DNA from: Ranitomeya imitator
Lineage: Eukaryota
Direction of reading: 5' to 3'
DNA length: 64,000 nucleotides
NCBI RefSeq assembly: GCF_032444005.1
Contig: NC_091291.1
Location: forward strand, 141,670,001-141,734,000
Position 1 is the first letter of the stretch. Each line of letters begins with the position of its first letter. The notes beneath the pieces are model-generated. The model worked only from the letters and a program-made list of their open reading frames with translations, made no database searches and was not told the DNA's origin. Shown here piece after piece: positions 1 through 21,711 of the stretch. A program made the position numbers and the translations under genes.

Positions 1-1095
1 GTTGAGACCGCTTGACCCGAAAGGAGAGTCTGATCGGCCGATCCAGGGAGAAGACCGACCTGTCCCACTGAGACAGAATGGCTTGCTGAAGGGGTCGCGA
101 ATGGAATTGGGCGAAGGGAATCGCTTCCAATGTAGCTACCATCCTCCCCAGAACCTTCATGGCCGAACGGAGGGAGGGAGGTCGAGGACCCTGGAGCAAG
201 CGTATGTCCCGACAGAGAGTGGATCTCTTGTCTGTGGGAAGGAAGACTCTGCTCTGACGAGTATCGAAAAGCATGCCCAGAAAGATGATGCGCTGAGAAG
301 GAATAAGACAGGACTTCTTCCGGTTTACCAGCCACCCGAAATGGGCTAAGGTGTCGAGAACAATGGACAGGCTTTCGTGGGCCTGAGCGAAGGACGGAGC
401 CTTGATGAGGATGTCGTCGAGATATGGAAATAGGACCAGGCCTCTGACTCTCAAGATGGCCATCAGCGCCGCCATGATCTTCGTGAACACTCTTGGCGCG
501 GTTGCGAGACCGAACGGCAGGGCGATGAACTGAAAATGATCTCGTTGCACTGCAAAGCGCAGGAAACGGTGATGTCTGGGAAATATCGGGACATGGAGGT
601 AGGCGTCCTGGATATCTATTGAGCATAGAAACTCCTGAGCCTCCATGGAAGCAATTACTGAACGAAGGGATTCCATCCTGAAGTGTCTCAGGCGAACTCT
701 CCTGTTCAGCAATTTGAGGTCCAGAATGGGGCGAACTTTGCCGTCTTTTCGGTACCACAAAAAGATTCGAGTAGAAACCCGTGAAGCGTTCTTTTTCTGG
801 GACGGGAACGATTACCCCGGATTTGAGCAGAGAAGCGATGGCTGAGAAAAAGCCCGGAACTAGAGCGGGGTCTCTTGGAGGACGGGATTGGAAGAAACGA
901 TCCCGAGGTCGGGAAGCGAACTCTATTTTGTATCCCGAGGATACAACTTCCCTGACCCATGCATCCTCTACTGCGGAAATCCAGACGTCCCTGAAAAGGA
1001 GAAGACGGCCGCCCAATCTGGGAGTTGGGCTGGAGTCTTGCCGAGAGTCATGCCGAGGTGGATCTTCCAGTCCTGGGCCTGGAGGATCTACCCTG
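1..1095 (-). pseudogene. DIRS ORF2 reverse transcriptase (partial, one frameshift near 746-749)
   Basis: Manual translation: RLGGRLLLFRDVW...GFYSNLFVVPK/(fs)/DGKVRPILDLKLLN...IDIQDAYLHVPI...ALPFGLATAPRVFTK...FPYLDDILI (YLDD at 413-424). The frame stays open to base 1 and overlaps the gag 3' end. Confidence 0.9.
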
Positions 1096-2530
1096 GGAGA
1101 AACGAGGACGCCAGGACGGAGTGGGCCTAAAGGACACCGCCTTCTTCTCTTGACGTGCCTGTGGCCTCTGTTGCTGCTGGGAAAAGGAGTTTGACGCAGC
1201 GAAGCGACGAAAAGGCCGAAAAGAACGAAACTGTCGTCTAGGAGGAGGGCGACGAGGCTTAGCCTTGGGGAAAAGAGAACTTGTACCCCCGGTGGCGTCC
1301 TTAATTATTTGGTCCAGCTGGGAACCAAAGAGGCGAGAGCCCTGGAAGGGCAGACTAGTGAGGGACTTTTTGGAGGACAAGTCTGCCTGCCAGGCCTTGA
1401 GCCAAACGGTCCGGCGGATGGCAACGGCATTGCTGGAAGCTTGAGCCGCACAAGACGCGGCATCCAGGGAGGCGGAAACCAGGTATTCACCAGCGTGGGA
1501 AATCTGGTTGGCAAGTTCCGCTAATTGCGCGGGAGGCGCCCCATCCAGGATACCTCGCCGAAGATCCTTGGCCCATTTTGAGATGGATTTTGAAGCCCAA
1601 GTGGACGCAAAAGCTGGACATAGAGCCGCTGAAGCCGCTTCAAAAGCAGATTTCGCGAAGGATTCTATAACTATCGTTAGAATCCTTCAGAGATGCTCCG
1701 CCGGACAGAGGAAGCACCGTGTTGGTGGACAGCCTGGAAACAGGGGGGTCCACCGAGGGAGAGGCCGTCCAATTGGCGGTAAGTTCTGGATGAAAAGGAT
1801 ATAACACACCCAGGCGTTTTCCCCTCTGAAAACGCCTAGTGGGGTTCTCTCTCTCTCTGGACACGATTTCCTCGAATTCAGGATGAGCAGCGAAAAATTT
1901 TGAAGGTGGTTTGGCCCGTCTAAACGAAACCGCCTGATCTGCGGGTTCCGTAGAGGGATCATTGATGCCACATGTTTGGTTTATTGCCCCAATGAGGTTC
2001 TGGACTGTCTCACTCATGGTGGCGATTTGGTTAGGATCCAGCTCCGAAGTATCCTCCGAAGGCGCATCAGATAATGCCTCGCCTGACTCAGGGGAGGAGG
2101 ATCGGTGGGACACCAACCGCGGGGGAGGGCCGAGCGGCGAGATGGAGCGCGAAGAGGACTCAGACCGACGTTCCTGTCTGGACCTTTTGTGGCTTATCAA
2201 GGAGGGCTCGGGCGGCGGTTCCTGCGACCCGCTGGCCTCTGCAGGGGTAACCGATCCAGCGCGGACACTAGGGTTTGAGATACCCGTGTTAAATCGGCCA
2301 CCGATTGTGACAGAGAGGCGGCCCAGCCTGGGATGGGGGGGATCACTCTCGGGCGGAACAGCCGGGGGATCCTGGGCGGTGGGAACAATCGGGTTGCTGC
2401 AGGACTGACACAGCGGTGAGGACTGACCTGAGGGAAGTTTGCTGTTACAGGACGAACATGCAAAGTACGTGACTAAGGCAGAAGATGAAGAGGTAGGGGG
2501 ACGAGAGCGGCCCCCTTTAGAGGTAGACAT
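1048..2530 (-). pseudogene. DIRS ORF1 gag-like protein (one frameshift near 1672)
   Basis: ORF 1640-2530 (N-terminal CxxC...CxxC; VDPPVSRLS...SLKD) continues after a shift as VIESFAKSAFEAASAALCPAFASTW...RRTVWLKAWQAD into ORF 1048-1380, ending RSTSA*. Confidence 0.85.
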
Positions 2531-3923
2531 TTTTAGGGACCCTGAAGATGCCAGTGGGTTAGGGGACAGTGGGCAGAGGGGGGTGTCAGTCTGCAGTGCA
2601 GCTACTCACGGACCCGGTCCTGGAAGATGTCCCACTTGTCGATGGAGTGCCCTGAGGAGCTGTATTCAGCGCAGATAGAGCTGTGCCCACAGAAGATGCG
2701 GGTGCGCTTGCGAGAGCTGGTGCTGCTGCCGGTACAAAGCGGTGCTCACACCAGACGAGTGTCCCAGGAGGAAGGGGGCGGAGCCAGACGCAGGGGCGCC
2801 GGTAGGCAGGGCACAGTAAGTCGGGCGGGAAAAAGCCCGCCCGCAGAACCGGAAGTGAGGAGCCGAGAAACCGGAAGTAGGCCCCGGCCTAAGCCGGGAC
2901 CTAAATTAGAGGCCGGCGCCGCCGGAGAAGGGAACCGCGGCGCCGGAGCAGTGCACCGCAGGGACTGAGAAGAGCGGCAGCCTGCCAAGGCTGTCCGGGA
3001 AAGCGGAAGTGGCGGGGTCGCGGCGCCAGAAGTAGGCCCCGGCAGAAGCCGGGACCTAAATTAGAGGCCGGCGCCGCCGGAAAATCGCAGCGCCGGAGAA
3101 CCGCGGCGCTGGAGCGCCGCCGTAAAATCGCGGCGCCGCCGGAGAATCGCAGCGTCGCAGAAAGTAAGTGGCACGGCATCCTGCCAAGGACGCCGTGCAG
3201 ACACAGGACGCATTGTGGCCCCCGAGCAGTGAGACCGCAGGGGGAAGCGGCGCGGCAGCCTGCTAGGCTGTGACTCTGTAAGGGGCTGTGCGGCTGCAGG
3301 GAGAGAACTGCGGCCGCTAAGGAAGAAGATCTTATGGCTGTCCCTGGGATCCCTCTAAAATAAACGCCATGAGGGAGGACAGGGGGACATCTGGAGAAAA
3401 GATCCCGGGGGAATGGAGGGGAAATACTCACCTAAACATCCCACGCCGTTACTAACCTGAGGGGAATGAGACGTCCACGGAGCTGTGATGGACGTCCTCG
3501 TCTCCTCCAACCGACAGGCTCTGGTAGGCGAGTGGGTGGGGGACGGAGCCAGGACCGGACTTCTGAGCACGCTTCTGTGCTAGGATCTTGGTCCTGGAGA
3601 GGGATCTATGAGGATACGGGGTGGCAGTACACGCCGTACTCATAGTCCGCATTGTGGGAATACAGGTGTGACTGCTCACCTTGTATCCCTCCGGAAAAAA
3701 ACCTGAAAAGAAACGACGCACATTGAGGTAGATAAGGGTCTAATGAAAGACCCGTGTCCACCTCCTACTGACACTAAGCTAAACTGAAGAGTTTAATGCC
3801 AGTCGGTGGGGTGTACACTGCAGAGGAGGAGCTAACTTTTTTATTTGCATAGTGTCAGCCTCCTAGTGGCAGCAGCATACACCCATGGTTCCTGTGTCCC
3901 CCAATGAGAGGCGATAAAGAAAA

Positions 3924-4083
3924 CCGGACAAAACGCAATGTCATCCGGTGCAATCTGGCACTAATACAAGTCTATGGGAAAAAAACCTGATCCGGCGGCA
4001 ACATTCGACTGATCCGGTTTTTTGTTTTTTTTAAATTAGCCGGATTTAGCCTGACACTGAAAACCTGATGTGTGAAAGCAGCC
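3924..4083. mobile_element. Right half of a TTA/TAA-flanked MITE, abutting the DIRS terminus
   Basis: Ends TGTGAAAGCAGCC followed by TTA, similar to other MITE termini in the window (9595, 52561, 60930). Its left part is not visible; the DIRS sits there. Confidence 0.5.
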
Positions 4084-4235
4084 TTAAAAATGGCGTGTAA
4101 GAAGAATGCAACATGTATCATAAGGGGGCCGTGCAATAACCTAATCTGTCAGGATCAGACTCTGCTCCCGAAGCTACTGCCCAGAATGCACTGCACCAGA
4201 ACAAGCTGGGACTGCATTACAGCTGGCGGATTAGG

Positions 4236-4351
4236 ACAGCGCCATACACTATGTAGTGGCCGTTCTTGGTACTGCAGCTTAGATCATATTCACTTCAATA
4301 GGAGCTGACCTGCAGTACCAGGAACGGCCACTACACATTGTATGGCGCTGT
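4236..4351. mobile_element. Short fold-back (MITE-like) element
   Basis: ACAGCGCCATACA...GTAGTGGCCGTTCTTGGTACTGCAG is mirrored by CTGCAGTACCAGGAACGGCCACTAC...TGTATGGCGCTGT. Confidence 0.65.
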
Positions 4352-4585
4352 GCTGGCTCTTTACACTGCGCACATCCAGCTGGAGCTGCTAACCGGTGGC
4401 GGTCCCGAGGTCGGATACTGATGACTCAAACACCGGTGGTTAATCCTTAGTATAAGTAGTGGATAACCCCCTTTAAGTTCAGCTTGCATTCTGCAGGCTC
4501 TTGTGAGTTTGCCAGGAATGCCGTGCAGCTTTATACCCCCGGTATCGAGGACAAGAAGCACAGGACGCGGCGTTGTATCCCCATC

Positions 4586-4591
4586 TTTAAT
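4586..4591 (-). terminator. Candidate STT3A poly(A) signal ATTAAA
   Basis: About 200 nt after the stop codon, followed by a pyrimidine/GU-rich stretch on the minus strand. Confidence 0.5.
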
Positions 4592-4794
4592 TGACCACAC
4601 TGTAAAGGCGAAACCACAATTTCAATCATTTGGTAACAACATTCGCATTGATAAAGTATTCCAACTCGTCAGGAGCGGCGCCATCTGCGGCCAATCAAGT
4701 GCCATTCTTCCCGTCAATAGAAACAGTATAAAAATCTGGTTCCCAGGCGAGGAGGGTTCTGTCAGTGCTGCTTGTGGTGGAGCTGAAGGCATCG

Positions 4795-14619
<9,825 letters not shown>

Positions 14620-14783
14620 TTTCACATGTAGGGAAGGGACACACAACACTCAAACACCTGGGAGAAAGGAGAAAAACAGATCTATAACCAGACGGAGTCA
14701 CCCGCACGAGCGCAGAGAACCAGCTACAGCAAAGCCGCGGAATGTCCAACAGCAGCACAGATGACTGAGCGCTCAATGGCGGC

Positions 14784-16310
14784 ACACGCCAGCACCGGCC
14801 GAGGCTGCCATCAGTGCACTGATCACTATCAGCCAGGGGAGAGCAGATACCCAGGTAATGCCGGAAACACGCCAGCACCAGCCGACGCTGCCATCAGTGC
14901 ACTGATCACTATCAGCCAGGGCAGAGCAGGTACCCAGGTAATGCCGGACACACGCCAGCACCAGCCGACGCTGCCATCAGTGCACTGATCACTATCAGCC
15001 AGGGCAGAGCAGGTACCCAGGTAATGCCGGACACACGCCAGCACCAGCCGATGCTGCCATCAGTGCACTGATCACTATAAGCCAGGGCAGAGCAGATACC
15101 CAGGTAATGCCGGACACACGCCAGCACCAGCCGACGCTGCCATCAGTGCACTGATCACTATCAGCCAGGGCAGAGCAGGTACCCAGGTAATGCCGGACAC
15201 ACGCCAGCACCAGCCGATGCTGCCATCAGTGCACTGATCACTATCAGCCAGGGCAGAGCAGATACCCAGGTAATGCCGGACACACGCCAGCACCAGCCGA
15301 TGCTGCCATCAGTGCACTGATCACTATCAGCCAGGGGAGAGCAGATACCCAGGTAATGCCGGAAACACGCCAGCACCAGCCGACGCTGCCATCAGTGCAC
15401 TGATCACTATCAGCCAGGGCAGAGCAGGTACCCAGGTAATGCCGGACACACGCCAGCACCGGCGGATGCACTGATCACTATCAGCCAGGGCAGAGCAGGT
15501 ACCCAGGTAATGCCGGACACACGCCAGCACCAGCCGACGCTGCCATCAGTGCACTGATCACTATCAGCCAGGGCAGAGCAGGTACCCAGGTAATGCCGGA
15601 CACACGCCAGCACCAGCCGATGCTGCCATCAGTGCACTGATCACTATCAGCCAGGGGAGAGCAGATACCCAGGTAATGCCGGAAACACGCCAGCACCGGC
15701 CGAGGCTGCCATCACTGCACTGATCACTATCAGCCAGGGCAGAGCAGGTACCCAGGTAATGCCGGACACACGCCAGCACCGGCCGACGCTGCCATCAGTG
15801 CACTGATCACTATCAGCCAGGGCAGAGCAGGTACCCAGGTAATGCCGGACACACACCAGCACCGGCCGACGCTGCCATCAGTGCACTGATCACTATCAGC
15901 CAGGGCAGAGCAGGTACCCAGGTAATGCCGGACACACACCAGCACCGGCCGACGCTGCCATCAGTGCACTGATCACTATCAGCCAGGGCAGAGCAGGTAC
16001 CCAGGTAATGCCGGACACACGCCAGCACCGGCGGATGCACTGATCACTATCAGCCAGGGCAGAGCAGGTACCCAGGTAATGCCGGACACACACCAGCACC
16101 GGCCGACGCTGCCATCAGTGCACTGATCACTATCAGCCAGGGGAGAGCAGGTACCCAGGTAATGCCGGACACACGCCAGCACCGCCGGATGCACTGATCA
16201 CTATCAGCCAGGGGAGAGCAGGTACCCAGGTAAAGCCGGACAAACGCCAGCACCGGCCGACGCTGCCATCAGTGCACTGATCACAATCAGCCAGGGCAGA
16301 GCAGGTACCC
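14784..16310. repeat. 83-bp minisatellite, ~18 copies (STT3A intron 1)
   Basis: Unit GCACCAGCCGACGCTGCCATCAGTGCACTGATCACTATCAGCCAGGGCAGAGCAGGTACCCAGGTAATGCCGGACACACGCCA; contains the 14-bp palindrome ATCAGTGCACTGAT; ORF-track spacing of 83. Confidence 0.96.
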
Positions 16311-18158
16311 ATACAGGGCACAGTATATAGTGCTGCCTCCTTCATACAGTGCCATCCAATACAGGGCACAGTATATAGTGCTGCCTCCTTCATACAGTGC
16401 CATCCTGTACAGGGCACAGTATATAGTGCTGCCTCCTTCATACAGGACACAGTATATAGTGCTGCCTCCTTCATACAGTGCCATCCCATACAGGGCACAG
16501 TATATAGTGCCTCCTTCTTACAGTGCCATCCCATACAGGACAAAGTATATAGTGCTGCCTCCTTCATACAGTGCCATCCCATACAGGGCACAGTATATAG
16601 TGCTGCTTCCTTCATACAGGACACAGTATATAGTGCTGCCTCCTTCATACAGTGCCATCCCATACAGGACAAAGTATATAGTGCTGCCTCCTTCATACAG
16701 TGCCATCCCGTACAGGACACAGTATATAGTGCTGCCTCCTTCATACAGGGCACAGTATACAGTGCTGCCTCCTTCGTACAGGGCCATCCCACAGGGCACA
16801 GTATATAGTGCTGCCTCCTTCATACAGTGCCATCCCATACAGGGCACAGTATATAGTGCTGCCTCCTTCATACAGTGCCATCCCATACAGGGCACAGTAT
16901 ATAGTGCTGCCTCCTTCATACAGTGCCATCCTGTACAGTATATAGTGCTGCCTCCTTCATACAGTGCCATCCCATACAGGACACAGTATATATTGCTGCC
17001 TCCTTCATACAGGGCACAGTATACAGTGCTGCCTCCTTCATACAGTGCCATCCCATACAGGGCACAGTATATAGTGCTGCCTCCTTCATACAGTGCCATC
17101 CCATACAGGGCACAGTATATAGTGCTGCCTCCTTCATACAGGACACAGTATATAGTGCTGCCTCCTTCATACAGTGCCAACCCATACAGGGCACAGTATA
17201 TAGTGCTGCCTCCTTCATACAGGGCACAGTATATAGTGCTGCCTCCTGCATATAGTGCCATCCCATACAGGGCACAGAATATAGTGCTGCCTCCTTCATA
17301 CAGTGCCATCCCATACAGGACACAGTATATAGTGCTGCCTCCTGCATATAGTGCCATCCCGTACAGGGCACAGAATATAGTGTTGCCTCCTTCGTACAGG
17401 GCCATCCCATACAGGGCACAGTATATAGTGCTGCCTCCAGCATACAGTGCCATCCCATACAGGGCACAGTATATAGTGCTGCCTCCTTCATACAGTGCCA
17501 TCCCATACAGGACACAGTATATAGTGCTGCCTCCTTCATACAGTGCCATCCCATACAGGACACAGTATATAGTGCTGCCTCCTTCATACAGTGCCATCCC
17601 GTACAGGACACAGTATATAGTGCTGCCTCCTTCATACAGTGCCATCCCATACAGGACACAGTATATAGTACTACCTCCTGCATACAGTGCCGTCCCGTAC
17701 AGGGTACAGTATATAGTGCTGCCTCCTGCATACAGGGTACAGTATATAGTGCTGCCTCCTGCATACAGGGTACAGTATATAGTGCTGCCTCCTGCATACA
17801 GGGTACAGTATATAGTGCTGCCTCCTGCATACAGGGTACAGTATATAGTGCTGCCTCCTGCATACAGGGTACAGTATATAGTGCTGCCTCCTGCATACAG
17901 TGCCATCCCGTACAGGACACAGTATATAGTGCTGCCTCCTGCATACAGTGCCATCCCATACAGGGCACAGTATATAGTGATGCCTCCTTCATACAGTGCC
18001 ATCCCGTACAGGACACAGTATATAGTGCTGCCTCCTTCATACAGTGCCATCCCATACAGGGCACAGTATATAGTGATGCCTCCTTCATACAGTGCCATCC
18101 CGTACAGGACACAGTATACAGTGCTGCCTCCTGCATACAGGGTACAGTATATAATGCT

Positions 18159-18366
18159 AAAAAAAAGAAAGAAATGTCCAGCTTCACCGAGTCCGTAAAA
18201 AAGCGATTTCTTTATTAACAAACTTTAAACATGGAGGATACAGACTTCAGCACAACCATATGGGTAAGAATCTCAACGCGTTTCTGGAGACTAAGCTCCC
18301 TTAATCATGACATTCTAAAAGACCCATGTATCCCACTTAAATAACCCTACACCGGAAAGCACACCC
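18159..18366 (-). mobile_element. 208-bp Penelope-like pseudo-LTR / retrozyme-like insert
   Basis: Non-repeat block inside the array, flanked by ATAATGCT/ATAGTGCT (8-bp duplication, 1 mismatch). Minus strand has TATTTAA (18337-18343), a GAAACGCGT hammerhead-type motif, AATAAA (18211-18216) and a T-rich end. Confidence 0.7.
18267..18316 (-). ncRNA. Minimal type-I hammerhead ribozyme-like motif (A3-U8 variant, palindromic stem III)
   Basis: AGAATGTC-ATGATTA-AG-GGAG-CTTAGT-CTCC-A-GAAA-CGCG-TT-GAGATTCT: stem I 7/8 bp, stem II 4 bp, stem III ACGCGT, GUU cleavage triplet. Confidence 0.6.
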
Positions 18367-20866
18367 ATAGTGCTGCCTCCTGCATACAGGGTACAGTATA
18401 TAGTGCTGCCTCCTGCATACAGTGCCATCCCATACAGGGCACAGTATATAGTGCGGCCTCCTTCATACAGTGCCATCCCATACAGGGCACAGTATATAGT
18501 GATGCCTCCTTCATACAGTGCCATCCCATACAGGGCACAGTATATAGTGATGCCTCCTTCATACAGTGCCATCCCATACAGGGCACAGTATATAGTGCTG
18601 CCTCCTTCATACAGTGCCATCCCATACAGGACACAGTATATAGTACTACCTCCTGCATACAGTGCCGTCCCATACAGGACACAGTATACAGTGCTGCCTC
18701 CTGCATACAGGGTACAGTATATAGTGCTGCCTCCTGCATACAGTGCCGTCCCGTACGAGACAGTATATAGTGCTGCCTCCTGCATACAGTGCCATCCCGT
18801 ACAGTATATAGTGCTGCCTCCTGCATACAGTGCCATCCCGTACAGGGCACAGTATATAGTGCTGCCTCCTGCATACAGTGCCATCCCGTACAGTATATAG
18901 TGCTGCCTCCTGCATACAGTGCCATCCCATACAGGGCACAGTATATAGTGCTGCCTCCTTCATATAGTGCCATCCCGTACAGGACACAGTATATAGTGCT
19001 GCCTCCTGCATACAGTGCCATCCCGTACAGTATTTAGTGCTGCCTCCTGCATACAGTGCCATCCCATACAGGACACAGTATACAGTGCTGCCTCCTGCAT
19101 ACAGTGCCGTCCCGTACAGTATATAGTGCTGCCTCCTGCATACAGTGCCATCCCGTACAGGACACAGTATATAGTGCTGCCTCCTTCATACAGTGCCATC
19201 CCATACAGGACACAGTATATAGTGCTGCCTCCTTCATACAGTGCCATCCCGTACAGGACACAGTATACAGTGCTGCCTCCTGCATACAGTGCCATCCCAT
19301 ACAGGGCACAGTATATAGTGCTGCCTCCTGCATACAGTGCCATCCCGTACAGGACACAGTATATAGTGCTGCCTCCTTCATACAGTGCCATCCCATACAG
19401 GACACAGTATATAGTGCTGTCTCCTTCATACAGGGCCATCCCATACAGAACACAGTATATAGTGCTGCCTCCTTCATACAGGGCCATCCCATACAGGGCA
19501 CAGTATTTAGTGCTGCCTCCTGCATACAGTGCCATCCCATACAGGACACAGTGCTGCCTCCTGCATACAGTGCCATCCCGTACAGGACACAGTATATAGT
19601 GCTGCCTCCGTCATACAGTGCCATCCCATACAGGACACAGTATATAGTGCTGTCTCCTTCATACAGGACACAGTATATAGTGCTGCCTCCTTCATACAGG
19701 GCACAGTATATAGTGCTGCCTCCTTCATACAGTGCCATCCCGTACAGGACACAGTATATAGTGCTGCCTCCTTCATACAGGACACCGTATATAGTGCTGC
19801 CTCCTGCATATAGTGCCATCCCGTACAGGACACAGTATATAGTGCTGCCTCCTTCATACAGTGCCATCCCATACAGGACACAGTATATAGTGCTGCCTCC
19901 TTCATACAGTGCCATCCCATAGAGGACACAGTATATAGTGCTGCCTCCTTCATACAGGGCACAGTATATAGTGCTGCCTCCTTCATACAGTGCCATCCCA
20001 TACAGGACACAGTATATAGTGCTGCCTCCTTCATACAGTGCCATCCCATACAGGACACAGTATATAGTGCTGCCTCCTGCATACAGTGCCATCCCATACA
20101 GGACACCGTATATAGTGCTGCCTCCTTCATACAGTGCCATCCCGTACAGGACACAGTATATAGTGCTGCCTCCTGCATACAGTGCCATCCCATACAGGGC
20201 ACAGTATATAGTGCTGCCTCCTGCATACAGTGCCATCCCATACAGGGCACAGTATATAGTGCTGCCTCCTGCATACAGTGCCATCCCATACAGGGCACAG
20301 TATATAGTGCTGCCTCCTGCATACAGTGCCATCCCATACAGGGCACAGTATATATTGCTGCCTCCTGCATACAGTGCCATCCCATACAGGGCACAGTATA
20401 TAGTGCTGCCTCCTGCATACAGTGCCATCCCATACAGGGCACAGTATATAGTGCTGCCTCCTTCATACAGGACACAGTATATAGTGCTGCCTCCTTCATA
20501 CAGGGCCATCCCGTACAGTATATAGTGCTGCCTCCTGCATACAGTGCCATCCCATACAGGGCACAGTATATAGTGCTGCCTCCTTCATACAGGACACAGT
20601 ATATAGTGCTGCCTCCTTCATACAGGGCCATCCCGTACAGTATATAGTGCTGCCTCCTTCATACAGGGCCATCCCGTACAGTATATAGTGCTGCCTCCTG
20701 CATACAGGGCCATCCCGTACAGGACACAGTATATAGTGCTGCCTCCTTCATACAGGACACAGTATATAGTGCTGCCTCCTTCATACAGTGCCATCCCGTA
20801 CAGGGCACATTATAAGGTGCTGCCTCCTGCATACAGGGCCATCCCATACAGGACACAGTATATAGT

Positions 20867-21711
20867 ATAATAGGTCTCCCTCTTGCAAAACTCTCCCCGC
20901 TCCAATCTGTCCTGAATGCTGCAGCCAGGATCATATTCCTCACCAACCGTTACACCGATGCCTCTACCTTGTGCCAGTCATTACACTGGCTACCCATCCA
21001 CTCCAGAATCAAGCACAAAACTACTACCCTCATCCACAAAGCACTCCATGGCTCAGCACCACCCTACATCTCCTCCCTGGTATCAGTCTACCACTCTACC
21101 CGTGCCCTCCGCTCCGCTAATGACCTCAGGTTAGCATCCTCAATAATCAGAACCTCCCACTCCCGTCTCCAAGACTTTACACGTGCTGCGCCGATTCTTT
21201 GGAATGCACTACCTAGGTTAATACGATTAATCCCCAATCCCCACAGTTTTAAGCGTGCCCTAAAAACTCATTTGTTCAGACTGGCCTACCGCCTCAATGC
21301 ATTAACCTAACGATCCCTGTGTGGCCTATTTATAATAAAAAAAAAAAAAAAAAAAAAAAGTTCCTCGCATCATGTTCTCATACACTTTATGCAGTATTAG
21401 CCCTCTGTGTCTGTACTGCTACATACTTAGGCAGGTAACTGGTTCATGCAGCTTTACATGAACACCTGAGCCTTACACTATGGCCGGTCTGAATAACTAA
21501 AGCAATTGTTACCATCCACCTCTCGTGTCTCCCCTTTTCCCCATAGTTTGTAGCTTGCGAGCAGCAGGGCCCTCACTCCTCCTGGTATCTGTTTTGAACT
21601 GTGATTTCTGTTATGCTGTAATGTTTATTGTCTGTACAAGTCCCCTCTATAATTTGTAAAGCGCTGCGGAATATGTTGGCGCTATATAAATAAAATTATT
21701 ATTATTATTAT
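20867..21711 (+). mobile_element. 5'-truncated L2/CR1-clade LINE (ORF2 C-terminus, 3'UTR, (ATT)n tail)
   Basis: IGLPLAKLSPLQSVLNAAARIIF...SLHWLPIHSRIKHK...RAAPILWNALP...FKRALKTHLF*; tail TGTAAAGCGCTGCGG...ATAAATAAA(ATT)n; TATAGT duplicated at 20861-20866 and 21712-21717. Confidence 0.92.

Larger units (their letters stand above)
1..3923 (-). mobile_element. DIRS1-like (tyrosine-recombinase class) retrotransposon, 5' part, runs off the left edge
   Basis: Minus strand starts TTTTCTTTATCGCCTCTCATTGGGGGACACAGGAACCATGGG at 3923, resembling frog DIRS1 termini. It is followed by a gag-like ORF and an overlapping RT ORF with YLDD. The YR ORF is not inside the window. Confidence 0.9.

Noticed and set aside
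2-2988. Plus-strand ORFs over the DIRS
   Set aside because: Antisense shadows of GC-rich gag/RT coding sequence.
4410-4447. CTGATGA-CTC-AAAC-ACCGGTGGT as a hammerhead
   Set aside because: No stem II, G12 missing, poor stem I.
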